A stretch of DNA of 63,161 nt, the filler included, from Olpidium bornovanus S191 (Eukaryota > Fungi > Olpidiomycota), in NCBI GenBank assembly GCA_017911155.1. It is 30 parts of 30 records of this genome, joined end to end, with 100 filler letters (N's around TTAATTAATTAA, not from the genome) between each part and the next. Parts side by side here need not be neighbours in the genome. Positions count along the whole stretch, not along the records: positions 47,404 to 50,899 come from JAEFCI010012405.1; positions 51,000 to 52,657 come from JAEFCI010009209.1; positions 52,758 to 53,878 come from JAEFCI010006503.1; positions 53,979 to 55,121 come from JAEFCI010002192.1; positions 55,222 to 57,297 come from JAEFCI010002518.1; positions 57,398 to 58,678 come from JAEFCI010013105.1; positions 58,779 to 60,628 come from JAEFCI010011733.1; 23 more parts are not named here. One strand, given 5' to 3'. Made by a program: the position numbers and the translations under genes. The notes beneath the pieces are model-generated. The model was given only the letters and a program-made list of their open reading frames with translations, was not told the DNA's origin and made no database searches. This document shows, one piece after another, positions 49,161-59,498 of this stretch. The first letter of the stretch is position 1. The number at the start of each line of letters is the position of its first letter.

Positions 49161-49264
49161 GTTTCGCGGCAGCAGCGGAGCGGGCTGTTCCGCAGGAAAA
49201 CAACACCGGACGGCTTTACTCTACACCCTGCAAACCCCCGCCCAGAACGTGGACCAGGAATTCT

Positions 49265-50812
49265 ATGGACCTGAACGACATCCTGGCGAAGGAAATCGCG
49301 AAGAAGAAGGCGGCAATAGAAACGACGAAGAGGCTGAAGCAGCAGGCGGCGGCGCGGGCATCTTCGGACGGAGGCGGCGCGACAGCTGGAGAAGCGCAGA
49401 GCGGGGAGAATGGCAACACCGTGCCTGCTGCAGCGGGAAAGTACATTCGCAGGGGAGACCTGGAGAAACTGCAGGAAGAGGAGTTGAGGAAGAAGCAAGC
49501 CGCGCTCGACAGGGAGAGGGCGGAGAGGGAGGCGAGAAGGAGGGAAGAGGATATTGAACGGGGAGGAAAGGCGAGTGGATCGTGGGAGGGGGGTAATACT
49601 CTGGCTGGCACCAGCTGCTAGAATCGTTTCCGTTCACTCGGGTTGTCTGACTAACACGGCCCCCTTCCGCACTTTCTTTCCGCGCTTCCCTCTCGCGTTT
49701 TGAGTAGGGCGAGAAGCTCAGACATGAAGAGAAAAAGTCCGCCGCCGGTGGCGCAGAAGCGAAGAACGAGGTGTGGTACCGACTGGTTCTTGGTTCCATC
49801 AGCAACCGCGGACGGCGTTGGTGGGCTGTACTGCCCCCCTATCGTTCTTAAAACCCGTTTCTACCGCGCGCGCCCCTGAAACAAAGTCCCTCCGAATTCT
49901 TTCAAGTTCGAGACCGAGGACACCCTGAACATCCCACCGGAGGAAGTGGTACGCCGGCTGCGCGCGCGGGGCCAGCCGATACGCCTGTTTGCGGAAGCGG
50001 ACAAGGCGCGCAAAATCCGCCTGCGGGCGCTCGAGCTCATGGAGGAAAGGACCGAAGGCCAGCGCAACGATTTCATGCGCACTCTCGGCCAGTACGAGAC
50101 CAAGCTCGATCTCGAGGCTCTCAAGCGACAGGCCGGAGAAACGGCCGAGGAGCTCGGACGGAAGAAGAGGCGAAAAGAGGAGGGCTCGACCCTGGAGGTG
50201 AGTCTTGTGGTGCTAGTCGGTTAGCGCGGTAAGACGGCTGTAACGACGGGACGGTCTGTCCTTTTATGGCTGTGGGGCAAGGGGAGCGGGGAAGGATGGG
50301 GGGGACGGAGGACCATCTATCGCGATGGAAATGCTCGATGGGAAATTCCACCAACAAGCGCATGGTGCTTTCCTCATGTACAGGTTTTTTAATTGCGGTG
50401 TTCGCTTTTTTTTCCACTCGAAGGATACAAAAGCCATTAGCATAGAGCTTCTGCAGAAAGATCCGGACAGAGTTTACACGCTCGTGTATCTTTACCTGAA
50501 AGTGAGATTGTTCGTTTGTCCACTGTATATTTGGTTCGATTTGGATCATCTATTTTTAACTTACGTTATTCACTTCCTGGGAAACGTTCAGCGATTGTTG
50601 AAGGAATGGGAGCTAGAGCTGCGCAGCCAACCAGGTACGCCCACTTTCGGTACAAGTGCGCAGGAGATTTTTTGAACTGCAACCGGTTGTGACAGAACCG
50701 CATGCTCCGTGCAGACGAAGTTCGCAGAAGCAACCAAGGGAAGCTGGCGGCGGCAATGCAGAAACAGTCGGCAGAATACATCAAACCTTTTTTTCGATTG
50801 TTGAAGCGGAAG
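49265..50812 (+). CDS. PRP18: Pre-mRNA splicing factor PRP18, 3' partial, multi-exon
   Basis: MDLNDILAKEIAKKK, KYIRRGDLE, EVVRRLRARGQPIRLFAE.D..R..RLR (PRP4-like domain), EGQRNDF, LLKEWE, GKLAAA.QKQ..EY.KP.FR.LK. Confidence 0.92.
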
Positions 50813-50999
50813 GTAATGGAACTGACCCGACGCTGCGTTTTTTTTTGGACGCTTAGAGGGGACGACCATCACTAATTTGGTGTTCTTATGAACGGGAAAN
50901 NNNNNNNNNNNNNNNNNNNNNNNNNNNNNNNNNNNNNNNNNNNTTAATTAATTAANNNNNNNNNNNNNNNNNNNNNNNNNNNNNNNNNNNNNNNNNNNN

Positions 51000-52068
51000 C
51001 ATGTAGTCTGTCACCGAGTTCTCGCTCACGAACTTTTCTGACTCAGCCTTGTAGTAGACCTCCGTCGCTTGGATGAAAGGACTCTCAAAGTACTGCTTGT
51101 AAACGTCGAGGGTGGACTTGGAATTGTCGGTGTCGTCAAGGCCGAGTGAGACTTATGTTTTTTTTTTTTCCGCGGGGTTGGAAGGTGTCCAAAGGCAGGT
51201 ATCAGAGGACTACCGCGCGGAACCGGCTGTGGTTCAAAAGAGGATATCCGCGCGGCAGTTACCAAAGGACTTGATGACATGCTGAATTAGACTGGCCTCA
51301 ATCATCTCTCCATTGCGTTGTCGCTCAACAATCGCCAAAACCGCAAGCATGACATTGTGTTGCAGGTGAATAAACAGATGGTCCCTCCACGTCACCAAAG
51401 CCAGCTTGCAATAATGGAAAAAAACAGCGAGAGTCAGCCCTTTGCTCTCGGAAGGGCGGAAAAAAAATAGATGAAGAAAAAAAAAAGGCAGCCGAAACAA
51501 AAAAAAACATTCGAAATTTTTGAAACGTAGAAGCAAATTACAATTATACCAAATATCTAACAAACTAATATTTCTAACTCTACTTATATGACCTGGTCCT
51601 ACCGTATAAATGTCGTAGACCCCCTTGTGGCCTTCGTCGACCTCCCGCTTAACCCAATGCCGGTTGAGATACGAGAAAATATGGTTCAGGTGGCGCGACG
51701 CGGCGGTGTACCGTTCCCATTCTTTCGAATAGAAGTTGAGCAGAGTTTCGTCCATGTATCCTTCTGCGCCCTGGAGGTGGCCCGACAACGTGAGGCGCGC
51801 GGGCGCGCGGGTGTGTGTGTGTGTGTGCGGGAAGAGGGATTCAGCGTCGCCGAGGGGCAGCGCGCCACAGTGGATCGAACGACGGACGAACTTGGAGCCA
51901 CGTACAGCGCGAACTTTGGTGAGGTGGCTCTGCAAGTGTTTGTTGAGTTTCTTGTACAGGTCGCTGCCGAGCAGGTTCGCGCCTCGCTGGCTATTGCTGA
52001 CGGGCGTGACCGGCTCCCCGCTGGTTCCGGTGTGGATTCTGCTCCTCGTGCAGTAGTTGTACACTGCG
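51000..52068 (-). CDS. CUL1: Cullin-1 (Cdc53), internal fragment (exons 52068-51906, 51770-51603, 51404-51263, 51151-<51000)
   Basis: AVYNYCT, GANLLGSDLYKKL, LL.FY..EW.RYT.AS..LNH.F.YLNRHWVKRE.DEG.K.VYDIYT/LALV.W, IERQRNGE.I...LI..V..SF/VSLG, VY...FE.PF..AT..YY..ES. Confidence 0.96.
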
Positions 52069-52367
52069 CTGTGGCGGGGGAAGGGGTGACGGGCGTCAAC
52101 GTCCGCGTCTTCTGGGGACGCGCAGCGGGCTGCTCCGCGGTGCGACGCCCGCCGACGCCGTTGACATTAACGAGCCTCCGCGCGCCGCCGCCCCGATCGC
52201 AAGCGCGACGACAGCTTTGCCGCGTTCGGCAAGTCTACGAAACCGGGGCAGCAGCGAAACCCGGGCCCTCCGGGGGGCACGGGTGCCGGCACCACGCGGG
52301 ACGGCGAAAACGGCCGGCGCCCGGCCCGGAACGGCGGGGGCGGGGGGCCGGGGCCGGCCCGTTAAAG

Positions 52368-52407
<40 letters not shown>

Positions 52408-52601
52408 GAAAAATAAAAAACAAGGGAGGTGTGTGCGGGGAAGCCGGCTTCCGCGGTTTCCGGTTCCCCCACCCACTCCGGCGCCTCCGTTTCTTCCCCC
52501 TCCGAACGACGAAAGCCCCCGTCTCGGTTTTTGAAAACCCCGCGTATCAGACGGCGTATTCCGCCTCCACGTCCCACTTCCACCAAGTTCTTCCCCCTCC
52601 T

Positions 52602-52639
<38 letters not shown>

Positions 52640-52757
52640 GGGCCCAAAAAAAAAAAANNNNNNNNNNNNNNNNNNNNNNNNNNNNNNNNNNNNNNNNNNN
52701 NTTAATTAATTAANNNNNNNNNNNNNNNNNNNNNNNNNNNNNNNNNNNNNNNNNNNN

Positions 52758-53290
52758 GCAGAGCACCTCCACGGCCGCGTCCTGGCGGACCGTGCGGGCC
52801 CTGTGGGTTAATCCACTGCTGGTTGTTGCCGCCCCAGTAGCCGGGAGGTGGTCCCTGCCACGCCGGACCCCAACCATGGCCGTAATGGCCGCCGCCGAGT
52901 CCGCCGAAACCTCCTCGGCCGCCACCGCGACCCCCGTAGTGACTCGGCCGTTTATTCGGCCACACCGACTCTAACTGCCGGCCAATCGTTCTCTCGAGCT
53001 CCGCCCTATGCTCGAGCCCGGTGCCACGCGACTTCTCAAGGAAGTGGGGTCGGTCGCATGCCTTGCACGTGCAGCCGAACTTGCCGCACTCGTATAGGCA
53101 CATAGCTGCCCCGTCGCCGTTGCCGCTAGTCAGCGTCTTCCTCGTCGGCGACTCCGGACTCTCTGAGGCCCGCTTCCCTGTAACCGGTGAGGATGCGCCG
53201 ATGATAGCACCGTTAATCTTTGCGCCCTTTATTGACGGATCATTCTCCGTGTACAGCTCCCATGCTCCTTTTTCCAGGCCACTAATGCAA
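52758..53290 (-). CDS. Hypothetical protein with a Cys cluster and RGG/Gly-rich region, possibly TE gag-derived
   Basis: The frame is open from about 53290 to the contig end: CLYECGKFGCTCKAC, then YGGRGGGRGGFGG..GRGRGG. About 55% GC. Confidence 0.35.
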
Positions 53291-53978
53291 AGCTAAACTG
53301 GTTCCCTGAGGGGAACATGGCCTGCGTCTTCAGCGGTACACCGTCTACAATGGCCGGAATGAGAACCAGTTTCTCCTGCTGCTTTTTCATCTCCGCGTCC
53401 CACTGAAACGCTTGCGCGCACTATTGTGGATGAGCTTTTTAGCAGACGCTGCTGCTCACTATGGCTTATATGATGCCTTGTATGCCTCATATGAAGGCGT
53501 TATATGTACTTTTACCGCCTCTTTTATTCCTTCCCTGCTTTTCTCCTGCCTTTCCTGCGCTTTCTTCGCTTTTCTGCGCGTTCTTATGTTGATTTTGAGC
53601 CGTTTTGCGACTTTGGGCGAAGTACCCTAGTCCCCATTGGTTACCGTTGCGTCGGTATTCTGAGGGGGGGAGATTCTGAGCACCCCCGCGTTTTTACGAA
53701 CTTCTTTACGCGTTTACATGGCCCCTACCGCACCGATTCCCGTCAAACTTGGAGGACACCACCGCCCCACGAACGCGCAACTTTCCCCAAAGTTAGAACC
53801 CGATCGGCGGCCGGACGGCGGAGAACGAGGAGAATATATCCCAAAACGAGGCAAATTTGTGCTTCTTTTGACGACTGCNNNNNNNNNNNNNNNNNNNNNN
53901 NNNNNNNNNNNNNNNNNNNNNNTTAATTAATTAANNNNNNNNNNNNNNNNNNNNNNNNNNNNNNNNNNNNNNNNNNNN

Positions 53979-54388
53979 CATGTTTTTCTTTGAGCCAACG
54001 GCGAGGACGTGAAAATGTTCAAGGGCATCAAAACGATATGACTTCTGTCTTTAGAAGGTTTGTGACCGGCAGTGCATATTAGTGAACTTACCGTGTATTG
54101 TAGATTTTGCAGGAACGTGGCCTTTGGACCCCTAAGCTTCTTTAGAACTGCAAGAAACGCCTTGCTCGTCAGCAATGCGAATACTCCTACAAAGGTCTCT
54201 GCGATGGTGTCCCAAATATTCTCGACAACATTCCTCTTGCTCAGATTCGGCACTTTGCTGGGAAAGCCTGGCGATATATTGAGTCATACGCAAATGGCCT
54301 TGACGTACACCAAGCTGAAGACACTGAAAGGAAGTTGCGTGCTGAAAAGAAGTTCAAGTCCCATCGCCGCATCTGCCAGGATGATTAG
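53979..54388 (+). mobile_element. Degenerate Tc1/mariner (IS630-like) DDE transposase, C-terminal relic
   Basis: Not in the ORF track. RLARQQCEYSYKGLCDGVPNILDNIPLAQIRHFAGKAWRYIESYANGL...KKFKSHRRI* matches the fungal Tc1-like ending (CDY.F..L...VP..L..I..F....WRY..AY..GL...KKYKSHRR). Upstream MFKGIKTI* matches KG.K.IL. It carries in-frame stops and a probable deletion. Confidence 0.68.
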
Positions 54389-54820
54389 GTAACCCTCCGT
54401 GCAGTAACTCAAATAAATCAATTTATCAATATTTTTGTCAATATTTTTTTTTCGTGGTATATTCCGGGGAAATTTGACGTTTCAAACTCGGTCCGCCGTC
54501 ATATAAAACCGATCCCTGGTCACCAACTTCAACGTCTATCTACTTCGTCAAAACTTCACCAATCTGAGATCTGTTTTATACAATCTTACCAGGACATACA
54601 GCTCTTCAATTCCTATAGAAAAGAATCCAGACATCTGTCTTTTCTAGTGAGGAGTACCGGTTGACGTTCGGGTCCGAAAATGTTGAGTCTAAGCTTGTCG
54701 CCCCATAACCCCTTTTTTTTTTTTTTCCTCCAGGGAGGGAAACCCGCAAAACCCCGCAGGCCGCCATTTTTTATTTTTGTTTCCCCGACGGACCCTGGCC
54801 GCCCGGTGTGGTTTGTCTTT

Positions 54821-55121
54821 GGTCGTGACACCGAGTTTCGCAACGGGGAAGCAGCAGCGGGCGGGCGGGCGGGCGGGCGGGCGGGCGGGCGGGCTTGTGG
54901 GGAAGGGGAACGGAACCGGGGCCGGCCGAAATGACGGTTGGGTGTGCGCGAAAGAATGAACACGAGGCCGAAAAATTCTTCGGTGGTCAGAAGGATAAAC
55001 GCCGCTGCACCCCTTTCCCGTTCCACCCCCCCCCCCCCCCCCCCCCACCCCCCCCCCCCGCCCGCCCGCCCGCCCGCCCGCCCGCTGCTGCTTCCCCGTT
55101 GCGAAACTCGGTGTCACGACC
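54821..55121. repeat. Perfect 65-bp inverted repeat (54821-54885 / 55057-55121, 171-bp spacer)
   Basis: Checked base by base. The right arm runs to the last base of the contig. The arms include (GGGC)n/(CCCG)n. Confidence 0.92.
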
Positions 55122-55221
55122 NNNNNNNNNNNNNNNNNNNNNNNNNNNNNNNNNNNNNNNNNNNNTTAATTAATTAANNNNNNNNNNNNNNNNNNNNNNN
55201 NNNNNNNNNNNNNNNNNNNNN

Positions 55222-55507
55222 CATGCATTGCTCTGCGTACTCGTTTTCCGCCTCAATGTAACGTAATACTAGAAACCGGGGTGCAAACAGGAAATGTATG
55301 GCAAGGCCGCGGAAAACCGAGATGAGCGCAGACCTGAAAACGAGAGACACAATCGTTGAAGACGTGGGGCCAGAACGCACTCGTACCATCCGGATTTTCT
55401 TTGGCCGTGAGCCACCTGTACGAATCCAAGAACTCGTCGCCGTAGCAGTTGATGGTTGCTACGGGCTTTTCAACACATACGGGCGGATCCGGCCGCGGCT
55501 TCCGCAC
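55222..55507 (-). CDS. Oligopeptidase B / prolyl oligopeptidase (S9A) N-terminal segment (exons about 55507-55387, 55268-<55222)
   Basis: PPVCVEKPV....YGDEF.DSYRWL....PD/VLRYIEAENEYA..CM matches the PP.A.K.P....HG....D.Y.WL....P.V..YL.AEN.Y pattern. Intron 55386-55269 is in phase. Confidence 0.78.
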
Positions 55508-55779
55508 CTGCTTGTCACGATCCCTAGTGATCCAAAGCCGTCGAACATATTACGGCACGTACTGCCCTCTCCCCAACCCCCCCCCCCCCCCCCCCCCACC
55601 CCCCCCCCCCCCTCCCCCCCACACCCCCCGCCCCCACTTGGAGGGCTCCTCTGCGTCAGGTCACACGTCTTTGTCACGCGTGTGAATAGCGTGTGCTCTC
55701 CTCGCCGTTCAGGTCCCCCGCAAAAAAAAAAAAATCACTCACTGTTTCGCGGAGAGAATTTTTCTAATCAACGTCCACA

Positions 55780-56330
55780 TTTCCTCCGTCATATCCGGAT
55801 GTCGGTCTAAGCAGTCCACGAATATATCGGCGATGCTGGGTATCGCGTTGGCCAGGTTGTCCCGCACGGCGACCCCGTTGCTCAGGACGTAGCTCTCGAC
55901 GTCTTCCAGGCCCGTCAGCCTCACTGCTGCTGGCGGGTCCCGCCGCAGTCAACGCCCAATCGAGACTTCTTCCCCGCCCCACTCTCCCCAACCGCCGCAC
56001 TCCCCGAGCAGCCTTTCCTGCAGAAGCGTTTTTTAATGTCTTCGGACGCACCGGCATTCGAGGCGGCGTTGTTGTCCAACTGCCGCGAGCCCGGCACTGT
56101 ACCGGCGGAGCCGCCGAGCGGGGAAGACGCGAGGGTCGCCTCGGACTTTCCCCGCAGCCCGGGACTCAGCGGCGGAGATGACATACGGCGCGTCAACGTT
56201 GTATAGTAGCGGCTGGTGCTGGTTGTCCGACGCAGAGCGGGAGTTTGGTGGTCCGAAGGTTCCGGCGGCACATCGGAAGCTTGGCCTGACGGCATCTTGA
56301 TGGAAGATCGGGACGCGCGTCGAGACATTT
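55780..56330 (-). CDS. Upstream coding blocks of unknown function, possibly an N-terminal extension of the S9A peptidase
   Basis: A Ser/Arg-rich ORF and a GC3-biased block (GLEDVESYVLSNGVAVRDNLANAIPSIADIFVDCLDRHP) on the same strand, joinable by a putative 71-nt GT..CAG intron. Confidence 0.4.
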
Positions 56331-57086
56331 TCGCCAAACGGCTTCCAGCAGCACGTCCAGCGACGGCGGACTTCCGCGTCAGACGGCAACAGCGCACAGA
56401 ACGGGGCACGTCGCGGTCAGAGATAGAACGCGCTCGGGTGGACAGCGGCCAAATCAGTAAACGGCCGCCGCTGCCGCCAGATCGGTACGTCGCTTCACGA
56501 CCACAGCAAAAGCACGTACCTGGCGCTATCTGCCGTGCTGTCGAGATCTGCGGTTGCTGTCCGTACAGGACCGTAGGGGAACGTGAGGGGCGCGTAACGG
56601 ATCAGGTGGGCTCATAACCACCCAAACGTTTATTTTTTTCCAAAAAAAATAGGGTTTTCTTATTCGAACGGGTTGAGGGTGCGGAAATGTCCAGATTGCA
56701 GTTCCGCATGGCTCGTATTCTGATTAGGCTTTCTGAAATGCATTCAAGGCAACCCAGACGGGCGGGGCAAGTGCTTGTATGTCTATACATTACTAAGAAA
56801 TAGCCTGGTGGAAGGCAAAGGGAACGAGAAAGAAGTACACGAAGGGAGCGCAGCAGTGGAAAAGCTACGACCGCCAGATTATTGGACTCTAACGGAAGAA
56901 TACTCGCCTCATGCGGAGAGATTTGGAATTGGTCGGTGTTTCGTTGTCTGGATCAAAAAAGCAACCGTAGGGCCAAACGTGGGTAACATGAAACAAAGTG
57001 AGGAGGGAGAGTGGGGGGGGGGCAAAGAGAAAGTTGGAGGAGCAGAGAGAAGGAGAGAGAACAGAGAGGATTGGGTGCCGGCGCGA

Positions 57087-57296
57087 CTACCACATAAACC
57101 TCTGCAGCTTGTCAGGCTCCGACGGCCAAATGAACGGCTTTGCGAAAAACAAGTACATAGTCGTCATATTGACGACCATGTAAAGAAGAGCTTCTGCAAG
57201 CAGACGCACGCGACTCGGCTGCCGGACGTGCAGGCGGTAGATGAGATACGGTATGATAAAATACCGAAACTCCAGCAGTGGCGATGGTACCAGAGT
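57087..57296 (-). CDS. ALG10: ALG10/DIE2 alpha-1,2-glucosyltransferase, C-terminus (5' partial)
   Basis: Not in the ORF track (no start codon). TLVPSPLLEFRYFIIPYLIYRLH...LLAE.LLY..VN..TMYLFFAKPFIW.....LQRFMW* is the characteristic ALG10 ending. Confidence 0.9.
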   Translation of the reverse strand, partial: TLVPSPLLEFRYFIIPYLIYRLHVRQPSRVRLLAEALLYMVVNMTTMYLFFAKPFIWPSEPDKLQRFMW

Positions 57297-57475
57297 CNNN
57301 NNNNNNNNNNNNNNNNNNNNNNNNNNNNNNNNNNNNNNNNNTTAATTAATTAANNNNNNNNNNNNNNNNNNNNNNNNNNNNNNNNNNNNNNNNNNNNCAT
57401 GCTTGTTTATGGCCTTCCCTGCCAGCATCCACTTACAGCCCACAACTCTGCATTCGACACCGCCGAACGATCATT

Positions 57476-57535
57476 TTCAAGTGCAAGGTATCTCTTTTGT
57501 ACAGATTCAAGTGCAAAGTATCTCTTTTGTACGGA
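57476..57535. repeat. 30-bp tandem duplication (2 mismatches)
   Basis: TTCAAGTGCAAGGTATCTCTTTTGTACAGA followed by TTCAAGTGCAAAGTATCTCTTTTGTACGGA. Confidence 0.85.
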
Positions 57536-57713
57536 TTGACGTTTGTAGAACTGTATGAAGTACTTCGCAAAACCGCGGTAGCTGTTTTTTTCTTTGCAAA
57601 AATGTGATAGCCGATTTTTTTCTTTGGTAATTGTGTGCAATTTCCGGCTATGTAGTGGTAAGGTGGTTCACACAGCGGGACACCACTGCTGCTGCTATTC
57701 GATCCCGGTTAAT

Positions 57714-57816
57714 CTGGCTGGTTCGGCTGACCCAGCTGGTTTGGCTGCTTCGGCTGACCTGGCTGGTTCGGCGGGTTCGGCTGACCCGGTTGTTTTGGCT
57801 GACCTGGCTGCTTCGG
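57714..57816. repeat. Imperfect 9/18-bp tandem repeat (GGCTGACC/GGCTGGTTC units)
   Basis: Encodes AEPA/ARSA/AGSA-like repeats on the minus strand. Confidence 0.7.
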
Positions 57817-59498
57817 TCCTAGTAACATCGAGTGGAGTTGGATTGAGTTCCTTCGAAAGGTTGCTGTTCAAGAAACACAAAATGTTGCTCGTTCCAACTG
57901 CAACTTTATTTGGGGGTCGTCCAAAACATTGATGACCGTCTGGGCTTTGCGCGTATCTTCTTTGTCAGACGAGATCACAATCACAGGTGCCTTTTGTTGC
58001 ACCTTGGATTTTCTTTTTGGTGCCATTTCACGTGTTTTGTTTTTTTTTATCGGCAATCGTTCTGTTTTTTTTTTTTCTGTTGATGTGAGCTGGTTCAGTG
58101 GTCGGAGGTTTAATTTGATGTTTGGCGCCGGTGAATCACGAAGCAATATCAGACACTGCACGCGGATGCGCCCACCAGGCGTGCAAAGCAAACCAGATGT
58201 GACGCGCTCACCCACCAGAGGTTGTAAAGATCTTTCTTTTTTTCGCGTTTTTGGCGGTCGTTGACTGGGTTTTTTTTTGGTTTTGACAAACGGTTGATAT
58301 CAGATGCTGGGTTTTTTTTTGATGAAGACTTGATGTCGGAGGTTAAATAGTCTACTTATGACGTGAACACGTCACGCTTCGAAAGTTTTCTTACCGTGAC
58401 TCATTCGTTGTTACAACGTGTAAAATGAAAAGTTGAGGTAAAGAAAAACGTGTGCTGTAGCACGGCCCTCAAACTGCCCGTCGGCCGACGCCACGAAAGG
58501 CGGGCGGCGGGCAAAGGGCGGCGGACGAAGGGCGCAGGGCAAAGGGCAAGAGACGGTCGAAGGGCGGAGGCGGCGGCGGGATCGAGGGCAGGACGGCCCC
58601 CGAACCCGGGCCGACAAATAGAATAGTCCCCCTCGAAGCCCGCCAATCGAAGAGCGCTTCCCCCCTTCCCCCCTCGAANNNNNNNNNNNNNNNNNNNNNN
58701 NNNNNNNNNNNNNNNNNNNNNNTTAATTAATTAANNNNNNNNNNNNNNNNNNNNNNNNNNNNNNNNNNNNNNNNNNNNTGGAGGGCAGACGGCGAAGCCA
58801 GATTCAGAAGTCAGATTCAAAACTCTGCGAAGTTCTGCTCGGGATCTGGTCCAGGATAGAATTTAGGGATAACCCTGGTGCTATCTCGGACGGAGCATGG
58901 CTCTCCGAAGCTGTAGTGAATTTTACACATTATTCCAGGTGCGTTCTCGCCGGAAAACACCTGGGCAACTCTGGCACTCGGCCAGGCCAACCGTACTGCG
59001 CAGAGGCCCAGAACTAGGCAACAGTTCTGCATCTCGTGGGCTCTCTTCGATCCTCCAAGCGCTTGGGCTACAAGCGCTCCCGCCCTTGCCGCTACCTCCC
59101 CCTCCGTGCCCCCGGCGGGCACCTCATCAACCCCAACGCAGCTTTTCGTCCGCGCTTGGGCGGAACGGCGGTTCGGAAAGTAAGACCCTGCGCGGGCCTC
59201 AGGGACCAGAAGGGCTCCGCGCTCCTGCTGTGTGCTGTGCGCCCACGATTGTCTCCGCTGAACTTCCCCGTTCCCCGCTCGACCCCGCCGGCTGTGGCGG
59301 GCCGAACCAGCAGAGCAGGAAGAGGGAACTCCGAAACGACGGCAACTGCGCGCGCGCTTCCCAACTCGTTTCGACCAAAAGAGAAACGCGTTTCGTTATC
59401 TTCCCGGAACACAGCCTCCGACAAGGATCGGGGAGTGGGGCCGACGATCACAGAAGCAAAGACAAAAATTCGGTTATCGTTTTGGCCCAGAGTCGGCG

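Noticed and set aside
53927-54392. Hydrophobic minus-strand ORF and a 106-aa plus-strand ORF from the track
   Set aside because: They are better explained as shadow frames of the Tc1-like transposase relic in a third frame.
4069-55225. CATG contig ends often coincide with in-frame Met codons
   Set aside because: This is expected: with C-rich third positions, most coding CATG sites are C|ATG, so it does not indicate breakage at start codons.
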